Shown: positions 28,667-39,574 of the stretch, piece by piece
Layout: every line of letters starts with the position of its first letter
Numbering within the stretch: the first letter of the stretch is position 1
Source of the DNA: Polyangiales bacterium
GTDB lineage: Bacteria; Myxococcota_A; Polyangia; Polyangiales; Ga0077539
NCBI GenBank assembly: GCA_044229975.1
Contig: JBGARZ010000010.1
Span: forward strand, 32,001-96,000
DNA length: 64,000 nucleotides
Direction of reading: 5' to 3'
The notes under the pieces: generated by a model
The model's input: the letters and a program-made list of their open reading frames with translations, nothing else
The model's database searches: none
Told to the model about the DNA's origin: nothing
Made by a program: the position numbers and the translations under genes

Positions 28667-30523
28667 ATGCGCCATCCGAAGACCCACGCCCTCGCTCGCC
28701 CGCTCACGCTCGTGGTCGCGCTCACTGCCTGCTCGGCAGCCCTCAATCCCGGGGCAGACCTCGATGGCGCCATCGCGACCAATGACTCGGGCACTCCCCC
28801 CGCCGACGTCGGCACTCCCCCCATCGACGTCGGCACCCTCCCCGTCGACGCGCCCGCGCCGGGCGATGTCCCCGCGACGCCCACCGATACCCCCGTCACG
28901 CCGCCCGATGTCCCGGTGCCCACCGACGTGCCTGCTGCGCGCGACGTCCCGACACCCATCGACGTCCAGGTCCCGCGCGATGTGCCCACACCCATCGACG
29001 TGCCCACTGCTCGCGATGTCCCGACGCCCATCGATGTCCCGACGCCCATCGACGTTCCCACGCCCGTCGACGCCGGAACCCCCTCCGCCGGTGTCTCCGT
29101 CACGACCTTCCAGTACGACCGCGCTCGCTCCGGAGCCAACCGCGCCGAGACGCGCCTCACGCCCGCCACCGTGCGCGCGGGCTTCGGTCGCGTGACCGCC
29201 TTCGCGCCGAGCCTCGACGGCGACGTCTACGCCCAGCCGCTCTACCTCCCGGGTGTCGCCATCGGCAGCGCGCGTCGCGACCTGCTCTTCGTCGCCACGC
29301 AGTCCAACTCGATGTACGCGCTCGACGCCGCCACCGGCGCCCAGGTCTGGCGCACCGCGCTCGGGACGCCCGCCCAGCGCTCGATGCAGTCGTGCGGCAA
29401 CATCGGCGGCAACATCGGCGTCGTCAGCACGGGCGTCATCGACCCCGCGACCAACACCCTCTACGCCGTCGCGTTCACCAACACGGGCGGGCTCCAGTTT
29501 CGCCTCAACGCGCTCGACGTCACCACCGGCGCGCAGCGCGCGGGCTACCCCGCCAACATCAATCCCCCCGCCGTGGGCGCGTCGAGCTTCGATGCCCGCG
29601 CGACCGGCCAGCGCGCCGCGCTCCAGCTCATCGACGGCCGCGTGTATGTCCCCTTCGGCGGCCTCTACGGCGACTGCGGCATCTACCACGGCTGGATCGT
29701 CGGCATCGACCCCGCCGACCCCGCGCGGCAGGTGGCCTTCGCGACGCCGGGTCGCGGCTCGGGCATCTGGGCCGTCGGGGGTTCGTCCGTCGACGACACG
29801 GGTCGCATCTTCGTCGCGACGGGCAACAGCACCCCGCTCGGCGGGCACACCCCGGGCTCCATGGGCGAGCGCGTGATTCGCCTCGGTAGTGGCGCCACGG
29901 GCCCCACCGCGTCGACCGCCGCGGACTCGTACTTCGAGCCCAGCGACGCCCGCATGCTCGACCTCCAGGACCTCGACATTGGCTCCGTCAGCCCGATGCT
30001 CATCGCTCCCATCGCGGGCGCGCCGCGGCTCATCTGGCAGGGCGGCAAGGCCGGCGTCAGCTACCTCCTCAACGGCGACAACCTCGGCGGGTCCACCGCC
30101 ACCATCACGCAGGCGCGCTTCTTCTCGGGCGGCAACTACGGGGCGGCGGCGACGTGGTCCAACGGGACGGATACCTTCGCGTTCGTCCCGGGGCGCGGGA
30201 CGCGCGCGGGGTGCAGCGGCTCCGGCGGCGTGATGGCCGTGCGCATCACCGCGGGCGCCATGGCCACCGCGTGGTGCAGCGCGACCGTGAGCAACCCCAA
30301 CCCGCCCGCCGTCTCGTCCAACGGCAACAGCAACGGCATCCTCTGGGTCGCCGGGGCGGGCAACGGGTCCGGCGCGTCGCTGCGCGCCATCGACGTGTCG
30401 ACGGGGGCGGAGATCTTCTCCGACGCGCCCCCGAGCGTGCGGCAGTGGACGCCCGTGGTCGTCGCCGACGGCAGGGTCTACGTCACCGGCTCGGCGACGG
30501 TGTCGCTTTACACCACCCGATAA
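28667..30523 (+). CDS. PQQ-like beta-propeller lipoprotein with a DVP-repeat linker
   Basis: Lipobox LTAC. TFQYDRARSGAN..E, LDGDVYAQPL, YALDAATGAQVW and STGVID. Confidence 0.85.
   Translation: MRHPKTHALARPLTLVVALTACSAALNPGADLDGAIATNDSGTPPADVGTPPIDVGTLPVDAPAPGDVPATPTDTPVTPPDVPVPTDVPAARDVPTPIDVQVPRDVPTPIDVPTARDVPTPIDVPTPIDVPTPVDAGTPSAGVSVTTFQYDRARSGANRAETRLTPATVRAGFGRVTAFAPSLDGDVYAQPLYLPGVAIGSARRDLLFVATQSNSMYALDAATGAQVWRTALGTPAQRSMQSCGNIGGNIGVVSTGVIDPATNTLYAVAFTNTGGLQFRLNALDVTTGAQRAGYPANINPPAVGASSFDARATGQRAALQLIDGRVYVPFGGLYGDCGIYHGWIVGIDPADPARQVAFATPGRGSGIWAVGGSSVDDTGRIFVATGNSTPLGGHTPGSMGERVIRLGSGATGPTASTAADSYFEPSDARMLDLQDLDIGSVSPMLIAPIAGAPRLIWQGGKAGVSYLLNGDNLGGSTATITQARFFSGGNYGAAATWSNGTDTFAFVPGRGTRAGCSGSGGVMAVRITAGAMATAWCSATVSNPNPPAVSSNGNSNGILWVAGAGNGSGASLRAIDVSTGAEIFSDAPPSVRQWTPVVVADGRVYVTGSATVSLYTTR
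28905..29075 (+). repeat. 18-bp coding tandem repeats (DVPTPI-like)
   Basis: DVPTPIDVQVPRDVPTPIDVPTARDVPTPIDVPTPIDVPTPVD. Confidence 0.8.
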
Positions 30524-30539
30524 TGGTAGGGACGCCGCG

Positions 30540-30827
30540 ATGACCCAATCGCGCGTCGTGTATGAGTCGATGGAGTCGCTGCTCGCGGGCCTGGAGGCGG
30601 CCGGCGTTCGCGCGGTGGGCGTTCGTGCGGTGAGCGAGGTGCGACCGACGCCGACCCCCACGGGGACGGGCATCGTGGTCGGTCACCAGCGGTGGGTCGA
30701 CGTCACGGGCTACCGATCGGGCGTGGTGCACTCGCTGCGGCTCGTCGACGCACTGCCCGAGCCCATCGAGGCCGAGCTGAAGGCGCGCGGGTTCACCGTG
30801 CGAACGGGCAGCGACAATCTGATGTGA
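30540..30827 (+). CDS. small hypothetical protein
   Basis: 95-aa ORF with high GC3 filling the gap between genes. Confidence 0.7.
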   Translation: MTQSRVVYESMESLLAGLEAAGVRAVGVRAVSEVRPTPTPTGTGIVVGHQRWVDVTGYRSGVVHSLRLVDALPEPIEAELKARGFTVRTGSDNLM

Positions 30828-30831
30828 GGCA

Positions 30832-32112
30832 TCAAGCGCTGCGAAGCTGCTTGAGCAGGTCGCCCAGCACCGGCGGGAGCGGCGCCGCGCCCGAGAGCGC
30901 CGCCGCGGTCAGTTGGAAGTCTTCGCCCACCGGGCACCAGCGCGCCCGCACCAGCGCGCCGAAGCGCCCCGACAGCGCGCCCACCATGCCCTCGGCCTGC
31001 GCCTGCACCGCCTCGGGTGCTCCCTCCGACGCCTGCAACGCGAACCAGAACTGCCCCCCGAACACAAACGCCCGCCCGCTCGCGGCGAGCTCCGACAGGA
31101 AGCGACGATCCTCCGGGTGACCCAGGCGCGACGGCGGCAGACGCGCACCCACCAGCCACGTCGAGCGGATGCCCGACGCCATGGTCTGTTGCAGGGCCTC
31201 CTCGCGCGGGACCTGAACCACCGTGGGCGCCTGCACCGGCGGCGCGTACGCGGGCGGCGGCGGTCGGTTGGACAGCACTGACTCCCGCAGCAGCCCGAAG
31301 AAGGCCTTGGCTGAATCGGGCCGCTGGTTGGGGTCGACCCGCAGCGCGGCCATCACCGCGAGCGACAGCGCCTCGGGGATGGGGGGTAGACCCGCGGGCG
31401 CCACCGGCGGCGGAATGGGCAGGTTGGCCCGCTTGAACACGCAGGCCATGATGTTGGCCTCGTTGGCGAAGGGGATCGTCCCGGTGAGGATCTCGTACAG
31501 GATCAGCGCCGCCGCATAGACGTCACTGCGCGAGTCCACGGTGCCGCCCATGAACTGCTCCGGGGGCATGTACGCGGGCGTCCCGACGATCATCCCGGTG
31601 CTCGTGAAGCGCGTCACCACGCCCTCCTCGACGGGGCGCGCGATGCCGAAATCGATGAGCTTCGGCGTCTCCGGCGTGCCCGGCGCGATCACCACGTTGG
31701 AGGGCTTCAGGTCGCGGTGCACCAGGCCCTGCTCGTGGATCGCCCCGAGGCCCCGCAGCAGTCCGCGAAACACCTCCAAGCCCACGCTCCACGGCTGCAC
31801 CCCGCGCGCGATGCGGTGCTCCAGCGACTCCCCCTGAACAAACTCCATCACGATGCACGGCGACCCGTCGTCGAGCATCCCGTAGTCGAGCACCGACACC
31901 ACGTTGGGGTGCCGCACCTTCGCCATGAGCTGCGCCTCGCGCTTGAAGCGCCCGAGCGAGACCGCGTCGCGCTCGCCGAGCAGCACCTTGAGCGCGACCG
32001 TCATCCCGAGGTCGGCGTGCTCACCGCGCCAGACCTGTCCCATGCCGCCTTCGCCCAGGAGGGTTCCGACGGTGTAGCGCCCGAGCGCCCGCTCTCCGGT
32101 CTGCAAGCTCAT
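30832..32112 (-). CDS. Hanks-type Ser/Thr protein kinase
   Basis: LGEGGMGQV, VALK, HRDLKPSN, DFG, GTPAYMPPE and SDVY. Confidence 0.96.
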   Translation of the reverse strand: MSLQTGERALGRYTVGTLLGEGGMGQVWRGEHADLGMTVALKVLLGERDAVSLGRFKREAQLMAKVRHPNVVSVLDYGMLDDGSPCIVMEFVQGESLEHRIARGVQPWSVGLEVFRGLLRGLGAIHEQGLVHRDLKPSNVVIAPGTPETPKLIDFGIARPVEEGVVTRFTSTGMIVGTPAYMPPEQFMGGTVDSRSDVYAAALILYEILTGTIPFANEANIMACVFKRANLPIPPPVAPAGLPPIPEALSLAVMAALRVDPNQRPDSAKAFFGLLRESVLSNRPPPPAYAPPVQAPTVVQVPREEALQQTMASGIRSTWLVGARLPPSRLGHPEDRRFLSELAASGRAFVFGGQFWFALQASEGAPEAVQAQAEGMVGALSGRFGALVRARWCPVGEDFQLTAAALSGAAPLPPVLGDLLKQLRSA

Positions 32113-32116
32113 GGCG

Positions 32117-33385
32117 TCAGTTCACCGTGGGCACCAGCCGCACGGGCTGCGTCGGCTCGATGGTTTCTCCGTCGACCAGCACCTTCGGGCGCATCGGGTC
32201 GCCCTCGTCGCCGGGCTCCAGCGCCATGCCCACGCGACCGTCGGCCAGCCGCACCGTCGCGCCCGGCGGAATCTGCCCGCACTGCGTCACCAGCGAGCGC
32301 ACCCACCGCGCGTCGAACTCGCCGTCCATGCCCGACGCGGCGTGCGCGAGCAGGTCGACCCGCGCCAGCACGAAGCTCACGCCACCCGGGCAGCGGTGCC
32401 GCTCCAACGCGTACGCGAGCTCGATGAGGGCCATCGCGCCCGTCCAGTTGGCGGGGTCGTCGGAGCGTGTGCAGATGCCGTGCACCAGCGCGAGCGTTCG
32501 CAGCCGGTGCGGCTCGACGCCCGTGCGCGCGGGCAGCGGCGCGTCGAGCATCTTGCGCAGCGCCTGGTGGGCGGCCACCTGGAAGTCGGCGCCGTCGCGG
32601 TCTTCGAGGCCGTGCATCGCGATCACCACCGCGGCGTGACCGATGGCGCGACGGGTCGAGGCGACCACCTTCAGCTCCGTCAGCGCCGTCATCACGTGGT
32701 GACACGCCACCAGCGCGCGCCGCGCGACGGTCCATTCGCCGGGCGCCGTGTCGAGGGCGCGCATCGTCGCCGGGGCGCTCGCTTCCATCGCGCGCTCCAG
32801 GCGTCGCAGGAGACCGACGCCCGCCGACCACGGCCACGGACCTTCGCGCTTCGCGAAGATCACCTCGGCGTCGTGGATGGCCAGCGCCACCTGCGCGATG
32901 GTGAACATCTCCGGGTCGACGCGGGTCGAGTCGGTGCCCCAGCGCGCGGCCGGAATCTCGCGGAAACGAAGACCGGGAAGGTGCGCGCGTTCGAGGTCGT
33001 CGCTGGGGCCCTGCGCGCCGCGGGCGAGCACGACACCGAGCGTCGCGAGGGTCTCCGCGGTAGGCGCGACCTCGACGGCCATCTCGTGCACGCCGAGGTT
33101 GGAGAGCACGGCCGCGAGGTGCTTTCCGCGGGTGAAGTTCTCGGCGTCCATCGGGACGAGCACGCGGTCACGAAACACCCCCTGGCCCACGAACTGGAGC
33201 GCGTACGGCGGCCCCGCGGCGGCCATGCTGTGCGCGAGCGCGGCGACGGTCTGGTCGACGAGCGGGTGTCGCGGGCCGTGCATCAGCACCACGCGCGACA
33301 GCACGAACATGCGCTCGACGATGGCGCGCGAGTGCGCCGCGCCGGCGGCTTCGTCGATGACGGGGGCGGGCATGGAGTCGTTCAT
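32117..33385 (-). CDS. degenerate HD-GYP-like protein
   Basis: C-terminal FDARWV..LV..CGQIPPGATVRLADGRVG...RPKV resembles HD-GYP tails. No HD or GYP residues seen. ATGA overlap with the upstream gene. Confidence 0.6.
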   Translation of the reverse strand: MNDSMPAPVIDEAAGAAHSRAIVERMFVLSRVVLMHGPRHPLVDQTVAALAHSMAAAGPPYALQFVGQGVFRDRVLVPMDAENFTRGKHLAAVLSNLGVHEMAVEVAPTAETLATLGVVLARGAQGPSDDLERAHLPGLRFREIPAARWGTDSTRVDPEMFTIAQVALAIHDAEVIFAKREGPWPWSAGVGLLRRLERAMEASAPATMRALDTAPGEWTVARRALVACHHVMTALTELKVVASTRRAIGHAAVVIAMHGLEDRDGADFQVAAHQALRKMLDAPLPARTGVEPHRLRTLALVHGICTRSDDPANWTGAMALIELAYALERHRCPGGVSFVLARVDLLAHAASGMDGEFDARWVRSLVTQCGQIPPGATVRLADGRVGMALEPGDEGDPMRPKVLVDGETIEPTQPVRLVPTVN

Positions 33386-35103
33386 GAGTGGGCTCCCTTC
33401 TCGGTGCGGGCGGCCTTGAGCTGCTTGCGCATCTCCTGGAGTCGGGCGCGGACTTCGGGCGGCTCGATGAGCTCGGAGAAGCTCCAGCGCGACGACTCCT
33501 CCACGAGCGCGAGGTCGGTCGAGAGCGTGCGGAGCGCCAGCAGGCGCACCCTGGGCTCGGCCTTCGACGCGCGCGCCACCGGGAGGAGAAACTGGCGACC
33601 GAGGCCCTTCGCGAGGAGGTAGGCGCAGGAGGTGTGCAGGGCCCGCGTGCTCCACCCGACGCCGAGGGTGCGCTGGAGGCACTGGCCGACGAGGGTTCCA
33701 GACTCGGGGAGGTCGGCCTCGACGAGGGCAGGGACGAGGACGTTGACCGCGTCGGCTTCGGCCTTCGCCAGCAGCGTCGCGGTGAAGTCGACCATCTGCC
33801 GGAAGCGCAGCGGCGGGAGCTTCACCACCATGGCCGCAGCGACGCGCGGGGGAAGGATCTTGAAGAGCTCGACGAGCATCTCGCGGGTGCAGTCGGTGCT
33901 CAGGACGAGCTCCAGCACCGTGGGCGCGACCTCCTCGCGGACGCCGTGCGAAAGCAGGTGCTGCATGAACGCTGGAACACCGAGATCGAGCGCCACGCCG
34001 CGCACCCACGGAAACACCTCGGGCGACCGCTTCGCCCGCTCGACGAGCCCGGTCGCGAGGCCGATGGCGACCTTCGGCGAGCAAACGCCGAAGAACTTCC
34101 GGATGGCGAGCGCGGACTTCGCGTTGGGCGTCGCGCGACCCGCGAGGCTCTCGCCGAGGGACGGGTCGTCGAGGGCTTCCGCGAGGGCGCGCACGTAGGG
34201 GTCTTCGCGGCTGCCGAGGGAGGCGAGCAGGTCGAGCGCGCGGTCGTCGAGGGCCTCGCTGAGCTGCTGGGTGATGAGACGCGCGAGGCGCTGCGGCGTG
34301 ATGGCGCTGCGCATCTCGGGGTGGCCGAGGGTCAGGGCGATCTCGATGCGGGTCCAGCCGTAGCTGTTCTCGCAGCCGTCGGCGAGGGCCGCGGCGTCGT
34401 CGGGGTCGAGGCGCAGGGCGTCGCGGGCGACCTTGCGGGTGAAGAGTTCGAGCGGGACGTTGAACTCGTCGCGCAGCGCCGCGACGTCGAGCTCGTGCGA
34501 GGCGATGAGCTGTGCGTCGACGCCGAAGGACGTGACCGACTCGCCGCGGAAGGCCATCAGCGCGTCGTGGTGGGTGTCGTCGGAGACGGCGGCGTCCATC
34601 ACTTCCATGAAGCTCATGTGGAGCTCGACCTCGAAGCCCTCGGCGCCGTCCGACCAGATCCAGTCGCGGAAGCGGGCGAGCGCGTCGGCCTCGGGGCGCA
34701 GCGTGCGGAGCTCATCGGTGAGCGTTCGCATGTCGGATGGACGGCACGTCGACAGGATGCGGATGGTTCGCACGCCGGCCATGAACGCGGGCAGCAGCCA
34801 CGGCCCCTGCCCGCTCTCGTAGGAGAGCAGCACCTGACCGCCGCCGAGGAGCTCGGTGCCCTTCACCTCCAGCGCCCCGCCGCCCATCTCGGACCACTGC
34901 TGCACGGCGCGTTCGGCGATGAGGTCGAGCGCCGCGGGGCTCGTGCGGTTGGCCTGCACGAGCGCGTCGATGGCGGTCGCGATGCCCTTCCACGCCATGG
35001 CATCACCGCGCACCAGCGCCGCGGGCGCGACCGATCCGAGCGCGGGCGGCGGCACCGAGGCGCCGGGAGTGTATGGCCCTGGTGGTGACGAGCGGGTGGT
35101 CAT
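33382..35103 (-). CDS. all-helical (HEAT/ARM-like) hypothetical protein
   Basis: ATG at 35103. Helical C-terminal half ending ..PRVRLLALRTL..PPEVR. Confidence 0.7.
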   Translation of the reverse strand: MTTRSSPPGPYTPGASVPPPALGSVAPAALVRGDAMAWKGIATAIDALVQANRTSPAALDLIAERAVQQWSEMGGGALEVKGTELLGGGQVLLSYESGQGPWLLPAFMAGVRTIRILSTCRPSDMRTLTDELRTLRPEADALARFRDWIWSDGAEGFEVELHMSFMEVMDAAVSDDTHHDALMAFRGESVTSFGVDAQLIASHELDVAALRDEFNVPLELFTRKVARDALRLDPDDAAALADGCENSYGWTRIEIALTLGHPEMRSAITPQRLARLITQQLSEALDDRALDLLASLGSREDPYVRALAEALDDPSLGESLAGRATPNAKSALAIRKFFGVCSPKVAIGLATGLVERAKRSPEVFPWVRGVALDLGVPAFMQHLLSHGVREEVAPTVLELVLSTDCTREMLVELFKILPPRVAAAMVVKLPPLRFRQMVDFTATLLAKAEADAVNVLVPALVEADLPESGTLVGQCLQRTLGVGWSTRALHTSCAYLLAKGLGRQFLLPVARASKAEPRVRLLALRTLSTDLALVEESSRWSFSELIEPPEVRARLQEMRKQLKAARTEKGAHS

Positions 35104-35323
35104 GGCATCGGCCCCGGTGGTGGTGATGGCGTAGGGGAATGCACGGAGCGCCTTGCGAGGGCGTCGCCCGATGAAGTCCCCAACGAGGTGGCGCGCGACG
35201 CCAGGAGCGCCGTGCGTCACAACCATGACAGCGAATCCCAGCGCTGCCGATGGCAGCCCGGTGGCAACAGAATGGAAACGGGGGACACGAGCGCAACTCC
35301 ATCCTCTGGTACCGTCGGCACCC

Positions 35324-35680
35324 ATGGACCGTCGCATCGACCCCGATCGGCTCGCTCGTCTCCGCGCCCGTGTGCTCGTCATCACCGGCGCCGCCGTCAC
35401 GGCCGTCGCGTGCAACCGCCCGCCGGAGCCGCCGGTCAACCAACCCGTCGAGACCGTCAACCGACCCGCCGATCCGCCGCCCAACCCGCCGCCGCCTCCG
35501 CCGCCGCCCGATGTGCCACTGGAGACGCCCACCATCAACCCGCCGCCCACCAATCCGCCGATGCCGCCGCCGATGCCGACGGTCAACCCGCCGCCGCCGC
35601 CTCCGCCCACGCACCGGCCCCCGACGCCCAACGCGCCGGCGCATCCGCCGCGCCCGGTGATGCCGCCCGGCAACGGCTGA
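35324..35680 (+). CDS. small proline-rich lipoprotein
   Basis: RARVLVITGAAVTAVAC followed by (T/V)VNPPPP repeats. Confidence 0.65.
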   Translation: MDRRIDPDRLARLRARVLVITGAAVTAVACNRPPEPPVNQPVETVNRPADPPPNPPPPPPPPDVPLETPTINPPPTNPPMPPPMPTVNPPPPPPPTHRPPTPNAPAHPPRPVMPPGNG

Positions 35681-35705
35681 TCAAGCGTGCGATGATCCCG
35701 TCGCC

Positions 35706-37349
35706 ATGGCGCGCACGGGATTTCAGTCGCGGTTCCTCTTCGGGCGGCGCGGCACCGGTTTCATCTACCGCTTCCTCCTGACCTTCTTCGTGCTGGGCAT
35801 CGGGGCCGCCTTCGCGGCGGTCGGCGTGGGCCTCGCGTTCCAGGGGCTGCGCGAGGCGCTCGACCCCACCGCCGCGATGTACCGGCTCCGGCACGTCACG
35901 CCCGAGACGCAGACCGCGGGCGCGTTTCGTCGCGCCGTGCGGGCGAGGGTGAGGCCGGGCGAGGCGCTGCCCGTCTGCGCGGTCGTCCACGAGCACTACG
36001 TCTCGGGGAAGAACGGCGGGTGGCGCAGCGACGGTTCGTGGACGCGCTCCATGGGCATCGGCCTCGACGATCGCGCGGGCATCGAGTCCAACGAGCCCGT
36101 GGTCTTCGACCCGCTCGACCCCATCGTGGTGGGCGGCGAGCAGGAGGAGATGCTCCGCGCGGTGATCCCCGAGATGCAGTCGGGCGGCCGGGTGCGCGCC
36201 CACTGCGTCGCCGACGGGGAGCCCATTTTCGTCGAGGGCTGCGTCCGCAGCAACGGCGTCTGGAGCCAGGTCGTCGGCTGCGGCGATCAACCCATCACCA
36301 TCACCACCGGCGACGGCACCGCGCAGCCCCGCATCGACGCCCACGCCTCCGACGTCGCGGGCAAGCTCTCGGCGGGCGCCCTCGCGCTCCTCTCGGCGCT
36401 CGCCTACCTCTGGTACACGCTGCGCGCCCGGCCGCTCACCGACGCGCTCATCCGCCGCGCGGGACCAGTGCCGACCTTCACGGCATGGCGACCCATCATC
36501 GCCGTGGCGGGCACGGCGTGGCTCATCGCGATCGCCCAGGGCCTCGTGGCGTGGACGGCCCCCGACGGCAGCGCCCTCTCGCGCGTGCGCCCGGGCTACT
36601 TCGCGGGGCTCTTCGCCGTCGCCGTCGCGGCGGTGCTCGCCGTGGTGGTGCGCCATCGTCGCAACAACCTCGATCGCGCGCTGGCCCCGGTGCTGGAGGC
36701 GCCGACGGTGTCGTTGCGCGACGCGCGCGGCGGCGTGGTCGAGCTCGCCGTGGTGGTGCGCGACGACGGGCCGACGGTGCAGGGCGTCCTCGACGGGCAG
36801 CCGCACGCCTGGGTCGACGTCCGCGTGGAGGAGATGCGGCAGCAGGGCAAGCAGCAGATCGTCGACCTCCGCAAGCGGGCGTGCTGGCCGGGGAGGGTTC
36901 CGGTGAAGGACGAGAGCGGCGACGGGTGGCTCGACCTCACGCACGCCGAGCTCGACCTGCGATCGACGGTGAAGTCCTACCGGCAGGGCCACGACGTGCC
37001 TCTCGCGACGGCGCTCGAAGCGAGCGCGGTGGGGACGATCCGTCCCGACCCGGCGCACGTCCGCTGGATCGTCGAGCAGAGCGTGCTCGACCCCGGCGAG
37101 CGGCTCTACGTGCTGGGTCAGTGCAAGCGCGTGGACAACCCCAAGGCCGACGGTGGCTACCGCGCCGACGCGACCGTCCCCGTGGTGGGCGGATCGGCCG
37201 ACGCGCGGCTCATCGTGCATGCGGGCACCGAGCGCTCGCTGCTGCGTTCGATCGGGCTGGAGCGCGGGTACCTCGACCTGCTCACCGCGGTGCTCGTGGG
37301 CGTGGCGGTGTCCGTGGTCGCGACGATGATCGCCCTCGCATCGCTTTGA
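35706..37349 (+). CDS. membrane protein with GIDE-like domain(s)
   Basis: TM helices flanking beta domains. EQSVLDPGERLYVLG motif followed by a C-terminal TM helix. Confidence 0.65.
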   Translation: MARTGFQSRFLFGRRGTGFIYRFLLTFFVLGIGAAFAAVGVGLAFQGLREALDPTAAMYRLRHVTPETQTAGAFRRAVRARVRPGEALPVCAVVHEHYVSGKNGGWRSDGSWTRSMGIGLDDRAGIESNEPVVFDPLDPIVVGGEQEEMLRAVIPEMQSGGRVRAHCVADGEPIFVEGCVRSNGVWSQVVGCGDQPITITTGDGTAQPRIDAHASDVAGKLSAGALALLSALAYLWYTLRARPLTDALIRRAGPVPTFTAWRPIIAVAGTAWLIAIAQGLVAWTAPDGSALSRVRPGYFAGLFAVAVAAVLAVVVRHRRNNLDRALAPVLEAPTVSLRDARGGVVELAVVVRDDGPTVQGVLDGQPHAWVDVRVEEMRQQGKQQIVDLRKRACWPGRVPVKDESGDGWLDLTHAELDLRSTVKSYRQGHDVPLATALEASAVGTIRPDPAHVRWIVEQSVLDPGERLYVLGQCKRVDNPKADGGYRADATVPVVGGSADARLIVHAGTERSLLRSIGLERGYLDLLTAVLVGVAVSVVATMIALASL

Positions 37350-37375
37350 GGGCTGTACTAGGCTCCCGCGCCACG

Positions 37376-37759
37376 ATGCGGACAGAACAGGACGTCGAGC
37401 AGTACCTCCGGGATTTCAACATCCCCTATCAGGGTCTCGGGGATGGGCTCTTCGTGGTGACCGACGAGTCGTCGGGCCTGCGCAACCTGGCCATCAAGGT
37501 CGAGTCGCCCGTGGTGGTGTTTCGCCTGCGCGTGCTCGACGCGCCCGTCCCCGGCACGCAGGGCCGCGAAGCCCTCTTCGAGCGCCTGCTGCGCCTCAAC
37601 GGATCAGGGCTGCTGCACAGCGCGTTTGGTCTGCAGGACGACGGCATCTACCTGACGGCGGCGCTGCCGCTCGACAACCTCGACCCCAACGAGCTTCAGG
37701 CGGTGGTCGACGATCTGGGCATCGCGGCGTCGCAGCACGTCGCGGCGCTGCGCGGATAA
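37376..37759 (+). CDS. CesT/YbjN-like chaperone-fold protein
   Basis: REALFERLLRLNG..LLHSAFGL..LDNLDPNELQAVVD. ATG at 37376. Confidence 0.8.
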   Translation: MRTEQDVEQYLRDFNIPYQGLGDGLFVVTDESSGLRNLAIKVESPVVVFRLRVLDAPVPGTQGREALFERLLRLNGSGLLHSAFGLQDDGIYLTAALPLDNLDPNELQAVVDDLGIAASQHVAALRG

Positions 37760-37817
37760 AGGCCCTCTCTCAAGAGAACTCCTCCCCTCCCAACACCCGA
37801 TCGGACAGAGAGCCTCC

Positions 37818-38627
<810 letters not shown>

Positions 38628-38665
38628 CGGTCGCGCCGCGGCGGATTACCCGTCCGGCCACTCCA

Positions 38666-39043
38666 ATGCCTACCTACTCCTATCAGTGCAGCGCCTGCGG
38701 TCACGCCTTCGAGCAGGTTCAGCGCATGAGCGACGACCCGACGAAGGTGTGTCCCTCGTGCGGGGTCGAGGCGGTGCGGCGGCTCATCAACTCCGCCAAC
38801 TTCATCCTCAAGGGCTCCGGCTGGTACGCCGACCTTTACAGCGGCGGCTCCAACAAGAAGAGCGAGAGCAGCGGCAGCAAGGTCGGCTCCAACGTCGCGA
38901 CGCCCGCCACGGGTGACGCGTCGAGCTCGTCATCGAGCGGCGACGGTGCGGCGAGCAGCACGAGCAGCAGTGACAGCAGCAGCGCGGGGTCGAGCACCAC
39001 GGCCGCAGCCCCCCCTCCTCCCTCCACCACCAAGACGAGCTGA
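38666..39043 (+). CDS. FmdB family zinc-ribbon protein
   Basis: MPTYSYQCSACGH..CPSCG..RRLI..FILKGSGWYADLY, then a Ser-rich tail. Confidence 0.92.
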   Translation: MPTYSYQCSACGHAFEQVQRMSDDPTKVCPSCGVEAVRRLINSANFILKGSGWYADLYSGGSNKKSESSGSKVGSNVATPATGDASSSSSSGDGAASSTSSSDSSSAGSSTTAAAPPPPSTTKTS

Positions 39044-39051
39044 GACCTCAC

Positions 39052-39369
39052 ATGGCGATTCTCAACGAGGAATGGCAGCAGCTTCTCGCGGACTACCGCG
39101 AGTACCACGACGACTTCATCTGCGAGGCGACGCACCTCGTGGGCATCCCGATGATCATGGCGTCGATCCCCGCGATGATCATTCCCCCGGTGGGCATCGG
39201 CCTCTTCGCCGCGGGGTGGACGCTCCAGGGCATCGGGCACGTGTCCAAGGGCAATCCGCCGAAGTTCTTCGGCGACAAGCGCAACCTGCTGGTGGGCGCC
39301 ATCTGGTGGTTCGACACCGTGCTGCGCCCGGTGGGCCTCGGCGAGCCGCTCTTCGGCAAGCGTGCGTAG
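39052..39369 (+). CDS. DUF962 / Mpo1-like protein
   Basis: YREYH..THLVGIP..WTLQGIGH..GNPPKF..LLVG. Confidence 0.85.
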   Translation: MAILNEEWQQLLADYREYHDDFICEATHLVGIPMIMASIPAMIIPPVGIGLFAAGWTLQGIGHVSKGNPPKFFGDKRNLLVGAIWWFDTVLRPVGLGEPLFGKRA

Positions 39370-39574
39370 TCTCTCGTCGCTCCGCTGTCGTATGGCGGGT
39401 GTCCGTCGTCGTCGGAGGCACTCCGCCGCGCGCGTCGTCAACGCCAAAACCCGTCAGGCCGCGGTGACGTCGCTCGTCCAACCAACGTCACAAACACCCT
39501 GAATTCTCGCGGCCCCGGAATCGCATGGGTCGGCGGTTCGCCGTCGACATCCACCCCTGCATTTCGGAACCGCG

